64,000 bases of DNA, taken from Barthelona sp. PCE (Eukaryota). The notes beneath the pieces were generated by a model. It did not search any database. It saw nothing but the letters and a program-made list of their open reading frames with translations, and had not been told where the DNA came from. The position numbers and the translations under genes were made by a program. Shown piece after piece: positions 18,385 through 28,581 of the stretch. The stretch lies in the NCBI GenBank assembly GCA_040285745.1, contig JAUFOR010000003.1, positions 1,178,001 to 1,242,000 on the forward strand. The letters are read 5' to 3'. The stretch's first letter is position 1, and every line of letters starts with the position of its first letter.

Positions 18385-20493
18385 TTAATCTGGCATGTGA
18401 TACTCAACGATGGATGCTTCGGCCATAAATGAAGGAAGGTGGAACGTTTCCACTGTGGGATTGATCGATTCCGGGTCTTCCTCAATATTGTAAGTTTTCA
18501 ACAACATTGTTTTGGTCTCCTCTTCGTATGACATATCTTGAACAGTGTTATTGGGTAAATTATGATCAATATTCAGATTGGGTAAATTATTATCAATATT
18601 CAGATTGGGTAAATTGTCGTTTGTGAAAAAACGCGTCTTAATTGCACCGTGTTCAATATGTACTTTAATGATGCCACCCACTACGTGTATGTATGAATCT
18701 CCCACGAAATTATTGAAAAAGTTGCCTTCCTCAATTTTTTCATTCCTATAATACTGATAAAGGTGAACAGGCTCTAAGAAGCTTCCTGTTGACCAATCAA
18801 TACAGTGTAAATGTTGCAATGTTGCAACCCTACTGTGTGTATATACAACAAACAGCTGATGATCAGGTGTTTCAGCCAATGGACGAGGGTTAAAGTAAAC
18901 ATCACAATATTCATGTTCAAAAACAATGTGTTTTTGAACCTCCACATCATTCCCGTTGACATTGAGCTGAAGAAAATGGATTGTATTCTTACACAGAATA
19001 CATGCTGAATTATCAAAATGTGAACCCTGAACACTTCGAACATAAATATTCGGAGGAAGATCCAAAAGCAGCTTACTTCCCAAATACACCAAGCCTGTAC
19101 GATCCTCAAGACGGTCAACATTTAAGGGCAACCCTTGAATTAAACAATGGTTTATAGAACCGCAATGAGGTAAAATGGTTGTGATTGGCTTGGATTCTGA
19201 GCCATGCCAGTGAATTTTAACATATGTATTTGTTTCACTATGTTTCTCTGCCATTACAATAAAATCACCCCCTTCATTTGGATGAACTGATCGGATCACG
19301 TAGTTCGTACGTGAAATCTTATTATACTCACGCAGCACAATAAGCTTCCTTTCTTTGAAAAAAAAGTAATATCTTATCGAAGCGTTATCATACACTTCCG
19401 CTTTTCCATCAAAAAATATTTTCTTTGGGTGAAGACTTTTCAAACTCACAACCTCATTATCAACTGCTCTGAATTTGATTGGGCCATAACGTTCTGTTAT
19501 TTTATCAGTACCATAAAAAACACAATCTTCATCACGAAAGGAATTATCATTCAAATCTATATGCTTCCAGCCATCGCAAATTACATTATCAAGATTCATT
19601 TCACCCTCTAACATCTTCAATTCGTCGTTTTCGATATGAATCACCTTTATACCTGATCCAAAAAATATCATTGACAAAACATCTTGGGTGAGCGTCAACA
19701 ATGCAAAATTCGATAATTTGAAAATATTCAATCCTTTAAGCTGTGGAAACCTTTCTGTCAAGTTAACTTGGTTCCTCTGACAGTCAAATATTACCAATTC
19801 ACCATATCTATGATCTTGAAGGACTGAGAAAATGCAATCCGAGTTTAGACACCTGAAGTGTTCTAAATGAATACCATCTAACTGCTCAATATCAGGTTCA
19901 TGTGCCTCGTCCATGTCATCTGCAGAAAAATTGTAATGCCATGTGGTATCATCTTGGCATTTCCTTAACATAATGTAGTTTGAATTAATTGTTGATTGAG
20001 AGTCATACTCTCCAAGACATCGATATTCATCGGTTAGCACATTTAATATGTAGCACAGAATCACTTGTCTGTTATTAACGGTATCACTAATGGTGAATAG
20101 TAGGTGGTTTTCATCCATCGAAAATATTCTGCTAATTTGAAACCTTCCTATGTTGTCAAAAGGGAAGGGTATTCTCCTTCTTGTATGTTCAGCACTCATG
20201 ATTTCACTAAATAATAAGATATCAAGATGGGTTATAATACCACTGTCGTCAAAAAGCTGTTTGATGATCATGTAAGATTCTCCAGCTCTTCGCATATATG
20301 TGTACTTAAGAGGCTCACCCTTATCCTCCACATATCCAACAAAGCTCTTGCCTACAATGGCGCTTTCAATGAGGCTGATATCTGTGTTATCTCTTGACTT
20401 TAGCAATCTTAGACCCTGGCCCTCAAATATCAGTTGGCCCTCGGGATACGCCTTGATGATAAGGTCGTCCTCGAATTTACGAACCCTAGGCAT
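18385..20493 (-). CDS. Hypothetical beta-rich protein, 'MPR-' paralog family member 2
   Basis: ATG at 20493 (MPRVRKF); shares blocks with 12753-14768 (NLTERFPQLKGL vs NMLEKFPSLVGV). Confidence 0.75.
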   Translation of the reverse strand: MPRVRKFEDDLIIKAYPEGQLIFEGQGLRLLKSRDNTDISLIESAIVGKSFVGYVEDKGEPLKYTYMRRAGESYMIIKQLFDDSGIITHLDILLFSEIMSAEHTRRRIPFPFDNIGRFQISRIFSMDENHLLFTISDTVNNRQVILCYILNVLTDEYRCLGEYDSQSTINSNYIMLRKCQDDTTWHYNFSADDMDEAHEPDIEQLDGIHLEHFRCLNSDCIFSVLQDHRYGELVIFDCQRNQVNLTERFPQLKGLNIFKLSNFALLTLTQDVLSMIFFGSGIKVIHIENDELKMLEGEMNLDNVICDGWKHIDLNDNSFRDEDCVFYGTDKITERYGPIKFRAVDNEVVSLKSLHPKKIFFDGKAEVYDNASIRYYFFFKERKLIVLREYNKISRTNYVIRSVHPNEGGDFIVMAEKHSETNTYVKIHWHGSESKPITTILPHCGSINHCLIQGLPLNVDRLEDRTGLVYLGSKLLLDLPPNIYVRSVQGSHFDNSACILCKNTIHFLQLNVNGNDVEVQKHIVFEHEYCDVYFNPRPLAETPDHQLFVVYTHSRVATLQHLHCIDWSTGSFLEPVHLYQYYRNEKIEEGNFFNNFVGDSYIHVVGGIIKVHIEHGAIKTRFFTNDNLPNLNIDNNLPNLNIDHNLPNNTVQDMSYEEETKTMLLKTYNIEEDPESINPTVETFHLPSFMAEASIVEYHMPD
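18551..18615. repeat. 27-bp in-frame tandem repeat, about 2.4 copies, encoding (D-x-NLPNLNI)n
   Basis: TTGGGTAAATTATGATCAATATTCAGA / TTGGGTAAATTATTATCAATATTCAGA / TTGGGTAAATT. Confidence 0.9.
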
Positions 20494-20777
20494 GAATAGC
20501 CGTGATGAAGTAGGTGAATATTGAGATAGCTTGAATTTCTTAAATATTAGTGCTTGCACGTGGCATATATAGATGATATAATACACGTGAAGCGTAAACA
20601 GAAAGTGAAACAGAACTGCATTCGCAATTCTATCCCCTCAATTTTTTTTGAGTGAGCATGTTCTGTGTTGTGTATGCGTTTATCCGTTGTAAGACTGGCA
20701 TAGCTCGGTGAACACAGAGATAGACATTATCAAATATCCTCTAGTAAATTTTTTGAGGAATGGACCTCATTCTGATT

Positions 20778-20799
20778 TCACTAATATATATATTAGTGA
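20778..20799. repeat. Perfect 22-bp palindrome in a divergent intergenic region
   Basis: TCACTAATATATATATTAGTGA equals its own reverse complement. Confidence 0.9.
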
Positions 20800-20913
20800 T
20801 TTTTTGAATACTCACTTGGAATTTAGTACTTGCTAATATTTGTACACTATTGTTAAAATTTTCTTTGTGATGTCCAACTTGCTTTTTCTTATACTCCCTT
20901 ATTTTTTACTGCT

Positions 20914-22782
20914 ATGCAAGAGATTGATGTAGCAGAGACTACCGGGGCACTTGACATTGAACTGGCAGAGCGATTGTGCCAGATCACGTTCAACGATGCA
21001 CCAAAGGAATTTAGTTTTGCATCTGATGAGTTTGAGTTGACAGACGACGAGGGAGCAACGGGGGGCTTCAAGTTCGACGATACGTGGCACCAGACAGAGG
21101 AGTTTCTGTACGAGGGAGAGTTTTTTTCTCTGCCTCTTTACTGTTTAGTGGATGATTCGCTTCGGCATCTCGACTATGCCGCGTTTTACAACAAAATCGC
21201 TGGTCCTGAGCGCGAAAGGATGAAGCAATACCTTCCTGCAAATTTCTCCGATGATGATGTGATAACTGTTTTATCTGAACTGCAGTCCGGGGTTCTTTAT
21301 CGGGGACGTAATGACCAGCACACGCTTGCTGATGGTATACTAACTGGTACGATGAATTCTGGAATCGCACCAATCATAGAAGTGGAAACAGCTCTGCTTG
21401 CCGATGGTAAACGTTTTGCTGTCCGTGAGTCGTTTTTAAACTCACGCTACATGGCTGTATCGCTGATGGAACGAATGATGCATTATGAAATGCCGAAGTT
21501 CGAGGGTTTCGGACTATCTTCGTTTCTACCTCCTTTTTCCACACTTCTAAAGGCACAAAACACACACGAGAAGATCACAGCACTGTCTCGTCTCACAGAA
21601 TCTATTGACAAGGCTGCCAGACTTCGGTCCATCGTGAAAGCCCCTGTTGACCTCAACACAAAACCGTTAGAGGTGCCCGACTGCGAGGGTAAGACATGGC
21701 TTGGTCTCTTGATAACGCTAATGCATGAAGCTCAATTTGTAACGCTTGCCCAGTTGCAGCAGGTTTTTGACGCGGTTTCTATCGATCTATACGAGGGTTT
21801 CACCGCACCTGAGATCGCAATGGTTATTCTCTTTGGGCTTTTCTCACCAATACCATCTCTTGCCCAACTAGTTGATGGAACGCCAGTGGATATTGATGCC
21901 TTACCCCATCTCGGCACAGGAACTTACACGCTGCTGAAAGACCAGCTCCCTGAAGACTTCACACAGTACGAAGAATACGTGGCATCACTCTTTGTTGTTC
22001 CATCTGAAAGTTTTATAGAAGCGCTGAGTCGTAAGCCAAAACAGTTCCCTACTGGTTACAGCGAAGCAAAAACAAAGCACGCTTACCGCTGTCAGGAGAG
22101 GGAGAGGACAATTCGTATTCTGGAGCCTTTTCATTTCGTCATTGCCGGTCAACGTTGTTATTCTAATCCTTTGATGCAGAAACTCCGTGGCAACAAGGCG
22201 CGTAAGCACAACGCAATGCTCGACAACCGCCCATATTACATCACAGCAGCGTGCATCCTGCAAAACGCGGTCTGTGTACTTCCCGGCTTCACAGGTTCCA
22301 AGCCAATGACGCAGAAAGTGATAGGGTGGTCTATTTTCGTCCGCCCAGGCCTGAATACCGATTCGCTGTCCAAGTTTACAACAACTACCGTTGATAGATG
22401 CATTAAAAAGAGGAATCCGAGCCTAATGTATTACGCAAGAGGCAAGGTGTTTATCAGTTTACACTATCATCGAACGTTCATAACTTATTACAGCGACTAC
22501 AGCAAGCGAGAGATCGGACTACCCGATCTTTCTGAGTTGAAGAAGCCAACACCTGCCAGCAAGAAGAGAACTGCTGAGAACCGCACTAATAAGCGGAAAA
22601 CACATAGGAGATCTGTATCACAGCTGGAGACGTCGCGTTTTCTGGGCGTTTCATCACGTAAAAAGAGAAACAATAAGAAGAAAGTACAGGACATAGACAT
22701 TGATTCCCTGTTCGTCAACAGCACTGCTATGGAACATAAAACTGCGCCTCAGGCAGACATTAAGCAGATTCCACCACAATAG
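20914..22782 (+). CDS. NFRKB: NFRKB / INO80 complex subunit G-like
   Basis: DEUBAD-like ERERMKQYLP. The blocks YRCQERER...PFHF, KARKHNAMLDNRPYYIT...LPGFTGS and YARGKVFISLH parallel the conserved NFRKB blocks FQEQERYRY...AFTF, KAREHSLL..DRP.YVT...LP.GEGT and YD..RKLWIYLH. Basic NLS-like tail. Confidence 0.75.
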   Translation: MQEIDVAETTGALDIELAERLCQITFNDAPKEFSFASDEFELTDDEGATGGFKFDDTWHQTEEFLYEGEFFSLPLYCLVDDSLRHLDYAAFYNKIAGPERERMKQYLPANFSDDDVITVLSELQSGVLYRGRNDQHTLADGILTGTMNSGIAPIIEVETALLADGKRFAVRESFLNSRYMAVSLMERMMHYEMPKFEGFGLSSFLPPFSTLLKAQNTHEKITALSRLTESIDKAARLRSIVKAPVDLNTKPLEVPDCEGKTWLGLLITLMHEAQFVTLAQLQQVFDAVSIDLYEGFTAPEIAMVILFGLFSPIPSLAQLVDGTPVDIDALPHLGTGTYTLLKDQLPEDFTQYEEYVASLFVVPSESFIEALSRKPKQFPTGYSEAKTKHAYRCQERERTIRILEPFHFVIAGQRCYSNPLMQKLRGNKARKHNAMLDNRPYYITAACILQNAVCVLPGFTGSKPMTQKVIGWSIFVRPGLNTDSLSKFTTTTVDRCIKKRNPSLMYYARGKVFISLHYHRTFITYYSDYSKREIGLPDLSELKKPTPASKKRTAENRTNKRKTHRRSVSQLETSRFLGVSSRKKRNNKKKVQDIDIDSLFVNSTAMEHKTAPQADIKQIPPQ

Positions 22783-22784
22783 TT

Positions 22785-24368
22785 TTATTGATAAAGACCA
22801 ACGATACCGTCTATTCCAACGGTTGCAATTAAAGGAATGTCTCTGTGTATGTTCATCATAATAGGATCTCTATTCTCAGAGTAGTGAGTTGTCCGAATGA
22901 TCTGCCTTACCGGATTCTTTCCTCTCAAATCTAAAACGACAAGGTTTCCGTCTCTTCCGCATGTGATTAGGCTCATTGAGTTTCGGTGATGGACGATGCG
23001 GTCGATGGCGCCACCATGGTCGTGTCTGATGACAGAGATTTCGTTGTTGCGTGGATCGATCAATTCAAGTGAACCGTTTGTTTTACCTATTGCTATTCTA
23101 TTTGACGATTCTGCCCCGAAAGTAAAGGAACATGTTGATATGTTGTTTGTTTTGTAAGTATGCACGGCGTCCCCACTGCCAAGGTGAAGTATCGTTGCAG
23201 ATTGTTTGCAACCAACCAACGCAAAGGGGTCTGTCAAAGGCATAGGCGTTGTCTGCACAGACACAACAGGTGAGTCAAGCGTAACAGACTGGCCCATCTC
23301 TGGTCCATTCTTTCCAATATGGTGATACTTAACGGAACCATCTGAGCAACCTGTAACCAACATATTTTGGGAGTGGTGCACGTCCATTGCCCAAATTGTA
23401 TCGTTGTGGGCTCGGATCTTGCTCAATAAAAAGGGACAACTTGATACATGAGGAGAAAACGGTGTTGCGATGTTGTCTAAATCAAATCCAAAAGTGAGCA
23501 CTTCACCATTGCTATTTGAACCAAAGACAAAGCCAAGCTCACTGTACGCAACCGACAAAACAGGATCGGTGGATCCACGGAAGACACAAAGGGGGTCAAA
23601 AGTGGCGAGTCCGCGACGGTGCTTGTTGCTTAATAAATCATTAACGTTCCAAGCTCTGACAATACAATCACCACCTGCTGTGAACAGAAGGGGCTCGTCT
23701 GAATGCCAGACACAGTCGTGGATAGTTCCCAAATGCCCTCTTATCATGTTACATGGTTCAAACTTCTGGGTGCGAATTACTTCATCAGGCATATCTGATA
23801 CGCTGATCTCCATATCATTGTCAAGAACAAGCGGGGACGTGACCACAGTACCTTCTCCTGTGACGCTCATTGTGTTATTAACGCTGGGAGTCCTAGGAGT
23901 TGAAGGTGCTAATGATTCATCTTCTGGATCGAAAGATGATGTATGTGATACGTTACTGATAGATCTAGGTCGCACGTAGCGTGCGGAGAGAGAGTTAGTT
24001 CTGGAACGCTGCAATTCTCCTCCCATTAAGCTCACGTATTTTTCAAGGAGTTCTAGTTCTGTCCCTGTTGCTTCTTTCATGTGTGTGTATAGAGACTTTG
24101 CAAGGAAATCATCGCTTTCGGGTACCAGAACGGTGCTGTCGTTGTTATTGCTTTGTTGTTGTAGCAATGCGTTCTCTAACATGTCTAATCTGACTGAAGA
24201 TTGTGTGAGCATCTCGTCACTGAGCTTTAATCTATCGTTTGATATGCGTAACTGCTCATTTAACTCGACATTTTCTTGTTGTAGTTGCTCAAATCGAGAT
24301 TGGAAATCATTATAGTGTATCCGCAAGGCTTTAAGTGCCGTTGGAAAGTCAACATAGTCGTTTGACAT
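22785..24368 (-). CDS. Striatin-family protein (N-terminal coiled coil plus C-terminal WD40 repeats)
   Basis: ATG 24368. N-terminal coiled coil ends RLDMLENALLQQ (striatin RIKMLEYALKQE). WD repeats GHLGTIHD...VRAWN and AHNDTIWAM. Confidence 0.75.
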   Translation of the reverse strand: MSNDYVDFPTALKALRIHYNDFQSRFEQLQQENVELNEQLRISNDRLKLSDEMLTQSSVRLDMLENALLQQQSNNNDSTVLVPESDDFLAKSLYTHMKEATGTELELLEKYVSLMGGELQRSRTNSLSARYVRPRSISNVSHTSSFDPEDESLAPSTPRTPSVNNTMSVTGEGTVVTSPLVLDNDMEISVSDMPDEVIRTQKFEPCNMIRGHLGTIHDCVWHSDEPLLFTAGGDCIVRAWNVNDLLSNKHRRGLATFDPLCVFRGSTDPVLSVAYSELGFVFGSNSNGEVLTFGFDLDNIATPFSPHVSSCPFLLSKIRAHNDTIWAMDVHHSQNMLVTGCSDGSVKYHHIGKNGPEMGQSVTLDSPVVSVQTTPMPLTDPFALVGCKQSATILHLGSGDAVHTYKTNNISTCSFTFGAESSNRIAIGKTNGSLELIDPRNNEISVIRHDHGGAIDRIVHHRNSMSLITCGRDGNLVVLDLRGKNPVRQIIRTTHYSENRDPIMMNIHRDIPLIATVGIDGIVGLYQ

Positions 24369-24668
24369 CTTCAATGGTTAGAAAGAGGTGAGAATCTATG
24401 ATTACAAGTAGTGTTGTGATACCCATGTTTAAACAAACGCGGGGGGCGGGAATTGTCCGATTTATTATAGTATTTTCGTGATATATTGCGTTGTAGTATT
24501 CGGAGAAGCGTATTATGATTTATTTGCAGTTTATGTTCTTTAGATACCATTTATTATATATGGTGTGGGTATTTACTACGGTGTAAGGTTGATGGCATAT
24601 TCAAAACATATCCAAGTTCCAAAATATGGAAAAAGGGAAATTGACTATTCTTGTGGCTGAAACACTTA

Positions 24669-25082
24669 TTAGAGCGTGCTGTTGATCTTTTCGAGGATAT
24701 GGGGCTTTTCAAGAGCAGCACAGACTCTTTCCTTGTCATTCAATTGCTTGTTGATGTGTATATCTTGATTGTGTGTGCCAATCTTGACGAATACATTTGG
24801 AAATATCCTGGGGGGTAAGCAGCGCATCAGTTGTGCCTGGATAGATAAGGCAATAAGCATTGCTAAGGTGCAATGTGGAACAGTTGGAATAAATGTCAAT
24901 TTGACAATATTTTTATCATCCTGTACTTCTATAAGATCAGGACTAACAATCTGTAGGTCTTCAAGGGTAGCGCTTGGGTGTTCAGGATCTTTAATGTTTC
25001 GAACCATATTAAAAATTTCTTGGGGGGTAAAAGGTTCTCTCTCCACCGGAGACAAAGGTTCTCTTGCTGCTTCTGTCGACAT
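24669..25082 (-). CDS. CIA2: Cytosolic Fe-S assembly component CIA2 / MIP18 / FAM96 (DUF59)
   Basis: ATG 25082. IKDPEHP, TLEDLQIV, PTVPHC and INKQLNDKERVCAALE are family motifs. Confidence 0.93.
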   Translation of the reverse strand: MSTEAAREPLSPVEREPFTPQEIFNMVRNIKDPEHPSATLEDLQIVSPDLIEVQDDKNIVKLTFIPTVPHCTLAMLIALSIQAQLMRCLPPRIFPNVFVKIGTHNQDIHINKQLNDKERVCAALEKPHILEKINSTL

Positions 25083-25211
25083 GGTAATGCAAATAAAAGA
25101 TTTTGCAGGTAAAAATGGTAGAAAAAAGTACAACACAAACGAAGGTCAAAATCATCTTCTATAGAAGCAGGCATCATTAAAAATACTTGTACAACTGGCC
25201 AGAGCCAGGAT

Positions 25212-25248
25212 TATGGAATATTGTTTCCCCTGTAGGCAATATTCCATA
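25212..25248. repeat. 12-bp perfect inverted repeat with a 13-nt spacer between SPT16 and CIA2
   Basis: TATGGAATATTG (25212-25223) and CAATATTCCATA (25237-25248). Confidence 0.85.
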
Positions 25249-25308
25249 TCGTGAGCATAATTCAAGTATTCTAATCGATAAAGCAGCTATTTGTATTTAA
25301 TTTACTGT

Positions 25309-28300
25309 CTATCTAGTACGTGCTGCTTTCCTCTTGGGTCTACCAGGCTTTCTCTTTGTTTTAGGATTCTCACCATATGTATTCTTAGAGTCTTCTTCCT
25401 GTGCCCATCTCTCAAGCTCCTCACTGTCCAATCCCTCATCGATTTCTTCGACATAAGCATCAAATTCTTCTTCTTCTTCGAATTTCATGTTAGGGTTATA
25501 TTCTTCATCATCAGAATACTCTGCATCAAGATCAAACATTACGTCGGGGTCGTTCGGGTCCTCAGGCTCCTCATAAGACTCATCATAGGGTACTTCAACT
25601 AGAGCTCTCCAACCGCGTTGTGCAATGAACGATTCTGGGTCTTCCCTTGCGTATTGCACAAGATCACCCCACTTAAGTTGGGACGCGTATTCAAAAAACT
25701 TGATGTTACAGCTGTCTAACCAGACACGAATGTTGTCAGCCTTGGAGGAATTGATCATCGAAATAGTTTGGGGTGCCTTATTATAATCCTTCCAAATGAT
25801 AACCATATCAAATGTCTGGTTGAAGCCACCTCCGCCAGAGAAACGCTGTAAGAAAATGCAGTCTATCTCAGAAAGAGCAATGATGATTGGATCTCTGCTA
25901 TTGATTGATACAAGCAACTCATTCGTTGCGGTGGGCTTGAAAAGAGTAGAGGAGCGGTCGGGCGAGCCATAGAACTCACTCTTCTTCTTGCTGTTGGGGA
26001 TGTCGAAGTGAAGACCAAATGGGTTACCGAGGTGCTCAACCTGCTTTGCAAATTCATGGAACTCCTTCACCATGCGCTTGCGCCTCTGGTCCTCCTGGCG
26101 TTGCTCCTCAGCAGCAGAACGATAGCTGGACTGAGCAGTACTGAGCGAATCTTCAGAAATGATCTCTCGCTTGAAGGTCACATACTCTGTATCTTTTTTG
26201 TTAGTGAGTTGGATTCTCTTCAGCTTGAACACGATCTTGCATGCAGGCTGTGCGCGGGTAGCAGGAATAAAAACAGCATGCTTGACGTTGTTATAATGGA
26301 GGTCAAAGACATTCCCTTTCTTTGACTTGAACCTAATTCCGTTCATGTGGAACTCTACGTCTCCGATACACTTACCCAACGCCAACTTTGGGTACATTTC
26401 GGTATCACGAAGATAGAAACGCTTCATATTGCGGTCTGTGAGCATCTTCAAAGGTTCGTTCTTTGCGAGTTGCACGTTGAGCGAACGCTGCGTCTTCTGG
26501 TCCTTGTAACGCTTCAGCAAAGTCTTGACATTGCTGTGCACGTTTTCCATGTGCTTGGTGTTTGCAGAACGGAATGAGAGCGTCTTGATAAACTGGCATC
26601 CTCCATAGTGCTGGACACCAATATAGTCCTGGTTAGTGGACGACGGGTATTTGAGTTGAATGGTAACCATACAGTCAGCATCCGACTTGACTATCTGACA
26701 GGACTTGATTGTCTCAATGTGAAATGGCACGAGATTACCGTAGATGGGCACCAGAACTGTGTTGTTCTGTGAGTCGACGCGAATCATATCTGTCCTCTGC
26801 TCTGTAAATTGGGATCTTACAGCGTTGGCCTTTGCTTCGTTAGGGTATGAAGAGAAGTATCCGAGCTTCTCCTCCTCCTCGTTTCCGTTATCATGGATGG
26901 CTCTCAGGCGCTCAATGACCTCCTGCTCATGAATGTCTGCGAGTTCGTTCTGATGTGCAATGACTTTAGCCATAGCTGAACGACCGTCTTGATTCTTCAG
27001 AGCTGCAAGCTTCCTGCGGGTGAGCGGGCCCTTGATCTCGACGCCCTCAGGGATCTCAACAAGATCAATATCAAGATGGGCCATATCGTGTCGGTCTTCT
27101 GCTTTAGACCGATAAGCCTCAGTTGCAAAGTGGATATGACCAAAGTCAGCCTTGATGGGGGTGAGTAATTTGCATCCGTTTGTGGTGACCGAGACTGTAT
27201 CAACCAAGAGGATTCCGTAACGTCTAGTACGTCTATTGAAACGTACGTTGCCCAAACCCAAAAAGATGCATATAACCATATTATCGGTGATGACTCTCTC
27301 CGATCCCTCTTCAATTCTGAACGTCTTGTATCTATTGGCATAGTTACACACGAAACCGAAATAGTTCTTTAATGAATTAGTAAAAACGCGGTCTTGAGGC
27401 TGCTTATCAGTCTCTTTGACGCCATCCATGAAGTGATCCTTCAGCTGGGTGTAGAGATCGCCCAGAACCATACCAGGCTTGATGATCGTGCTGGCGTATT
27501 TTCTGGTTGCATTAAGGGCGGTGTAGCATAGCTTCTGATCTGCTGAAGCATCGAGCATAGTTGTTCGGGCGCAGTACGTGTGCACACCCTTGTACACACC
27601 GTGGCAGTAGACGGTGATGATGTCCTTGTAGATGTTCTCACCGTTTGGCTTTTGCTTAAGGGTGATTGGGTTGACACCACCAGAGTGCACATTGACCTGG
27701 TCGAGATAGAACTGGCCGCTCTTATTGTGCTCAGTGAGGCTGTCGTTGATGCGCTGACAGAGACTCTGATGAGTAACGTTTTGGTTTCGACCTAAAACCT
27801 TGACCACGTTCTTCTGGCCAAACTTGATTGCCTTGCAGAGGTGGGAAGCGCACTCGTTGGCGAGGAACTGGACTTTCTCAGTCGCAGAAGCGAGGATATC
27901 CTCAAGAGGGTTTGTAACATCAACAAACTTGGTGGAAACACTAGTAATGATAGAACTGACAGGCTTCGACAGGAAATCACGGACTTCTACATCGATCACA
28001 CCAATTGATTCACCGTTGAAACTGCCTGAAAGGTGCTCACCGACAGCATCAATACAATTCTGATAGTTCGTCGTTTTATCGAAAGGTAGAGCATTGATCT
28101 TGAGGGGGAAATTCTCAGGAACCGATTGAAGCAGGGTGGTTAGATAAGCTAACTTCTTCTTTGTAGTGCAGAAAAGTACACATGATTCACAACAAAGTAT
28201 AACTGAAGAAGGCAAATAGTACTCAAAAAAGTACAAATGTACGGCTTCTGTAACCTCATGAGCAACCTCAGACTTAGATTTGTCTGCAGCAATAAGCAAA

Positions 28301-28392
28301 GCGTCAACTCCGAAATTCTCGCCTTCTAGCCACTTAGAATGTATGTGAAGTAGATTGCTAAAGAAGTTTTCACTATCAAAAACGATATCCAT
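25309..28392 (-). CDS. SPT16: FACT complex subunit SPT16
   Basis: Peptidase-like N-domain; VLVPIYGNLVPFHIETIK; GDVEFHMNGIRF; YNNVKHAVF; TFDMVIIWKDY; acidic tail with EELERWAQEED. Confidence 0.95.
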   Translation of the reverse strand: MDIVFDSENFFSNLLHIHSKWLEGENFGVDALLIAADKSKSEVAHEVTEAVHLYFFEYYLPSSVILCCESCVLFCTTKKKLAYLTTLLQSVPENFPLKINALPFDKTTNYQNCIDAVGEHLSGSFNGESIGVIDVEVRDFLSKPVSSIITSVSTKFVDVTNPLEDILASATEKVQFLANECASHLCKAIKFGQKNVVKVLGRNQNVTHQSLCQRINDSLTEHNKSGQFYLDQVNVHSGGVNPITLKQKPNGENIYKDIITVYCHGVYKGVHTYCARTTMLDASADQKLCYTALNATRKYASTIIKPGMVLGDLYTQLKDHFMDGVKETDKQPQDRVFTNSLKNYFGFVCNYANRYKTFRIEEGSERVITDNMVICIFLGLGNVRFNRRTRRYGILLVDTVSVTTNGCKLLTPIKADFGHIHFATEAYRSKAEDRHDMAHLDIDLVEIPEGVEIKGPLTRRKLAALKNQDGRSAMAKVIAHQNELADIHEQEVIERLRAIHDNGNEEEEKLGYFSSYPNEAKANAVRSQFTEQRTDMIRVDSQNNTVLVPIYGNLVPFHIETIKSCQIVKSDADCMVTIQLKYPSSTNQDYIGVQHYGGCQFIKTLSFRSANTKHMENVHSNVKTLLKRYKDQKTQRSLNVQLAKNEPLKMLTDRNMKRFYLRDTEMYPKLALGKCIGDVEFHMNGIRFKSKKGNVFDLHYNNVKHAVFIPATRAQPACKIVFKLKRIQLTNKKDTEYVTFKREIISEDSLSTAQSSYRSAAEEQRQEDQRRKRMVKEFHEFAKQVEHLGNPFGLHFDIPNSKKKSEFYGSPDRSSTLFKPTATNELLVSINSRDPIIIALSEIDCIFLQRFSGGGGFNQTFDMVIIWKDYNKAPQTISMINSSKADNIRVWLDSCNIKFFEYASQLKWGDLVQYAREDPESFIAQRGWRALVEVPYDESYEEPEDPNDPDVMFDLDAEYSDDEEYNPNMKFEEEEEFDAYVEEIDEGLDSEELERWAQEEDSKNTYGENPKTKRKPGRPKRKAARTR

Positions 28393-28581
28393 GAGCTGAT
28401 AAGGATTGAAATGGTGGAGAAAATTGAAAACATTCTGGTTTCAAGCCGTTGGTGGATTTTATGTCTTTCAACGCACTTTAAACTGTCGTTAAAACTGTCT
28501 AGGGTTGCTTGAAAAACGAAACTGTTGTTTTAGCATTTCATTCCCTTTCACCATTCAGTTGTTGACTCAAGGAGTTGTTAA

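Noticed and set aside
24439-24450. GC-box-like GCGGGGGGCGGG upstream of striatin
   Set aside because: Single occurrence, too few G tracts for a quadruplex, no other support.
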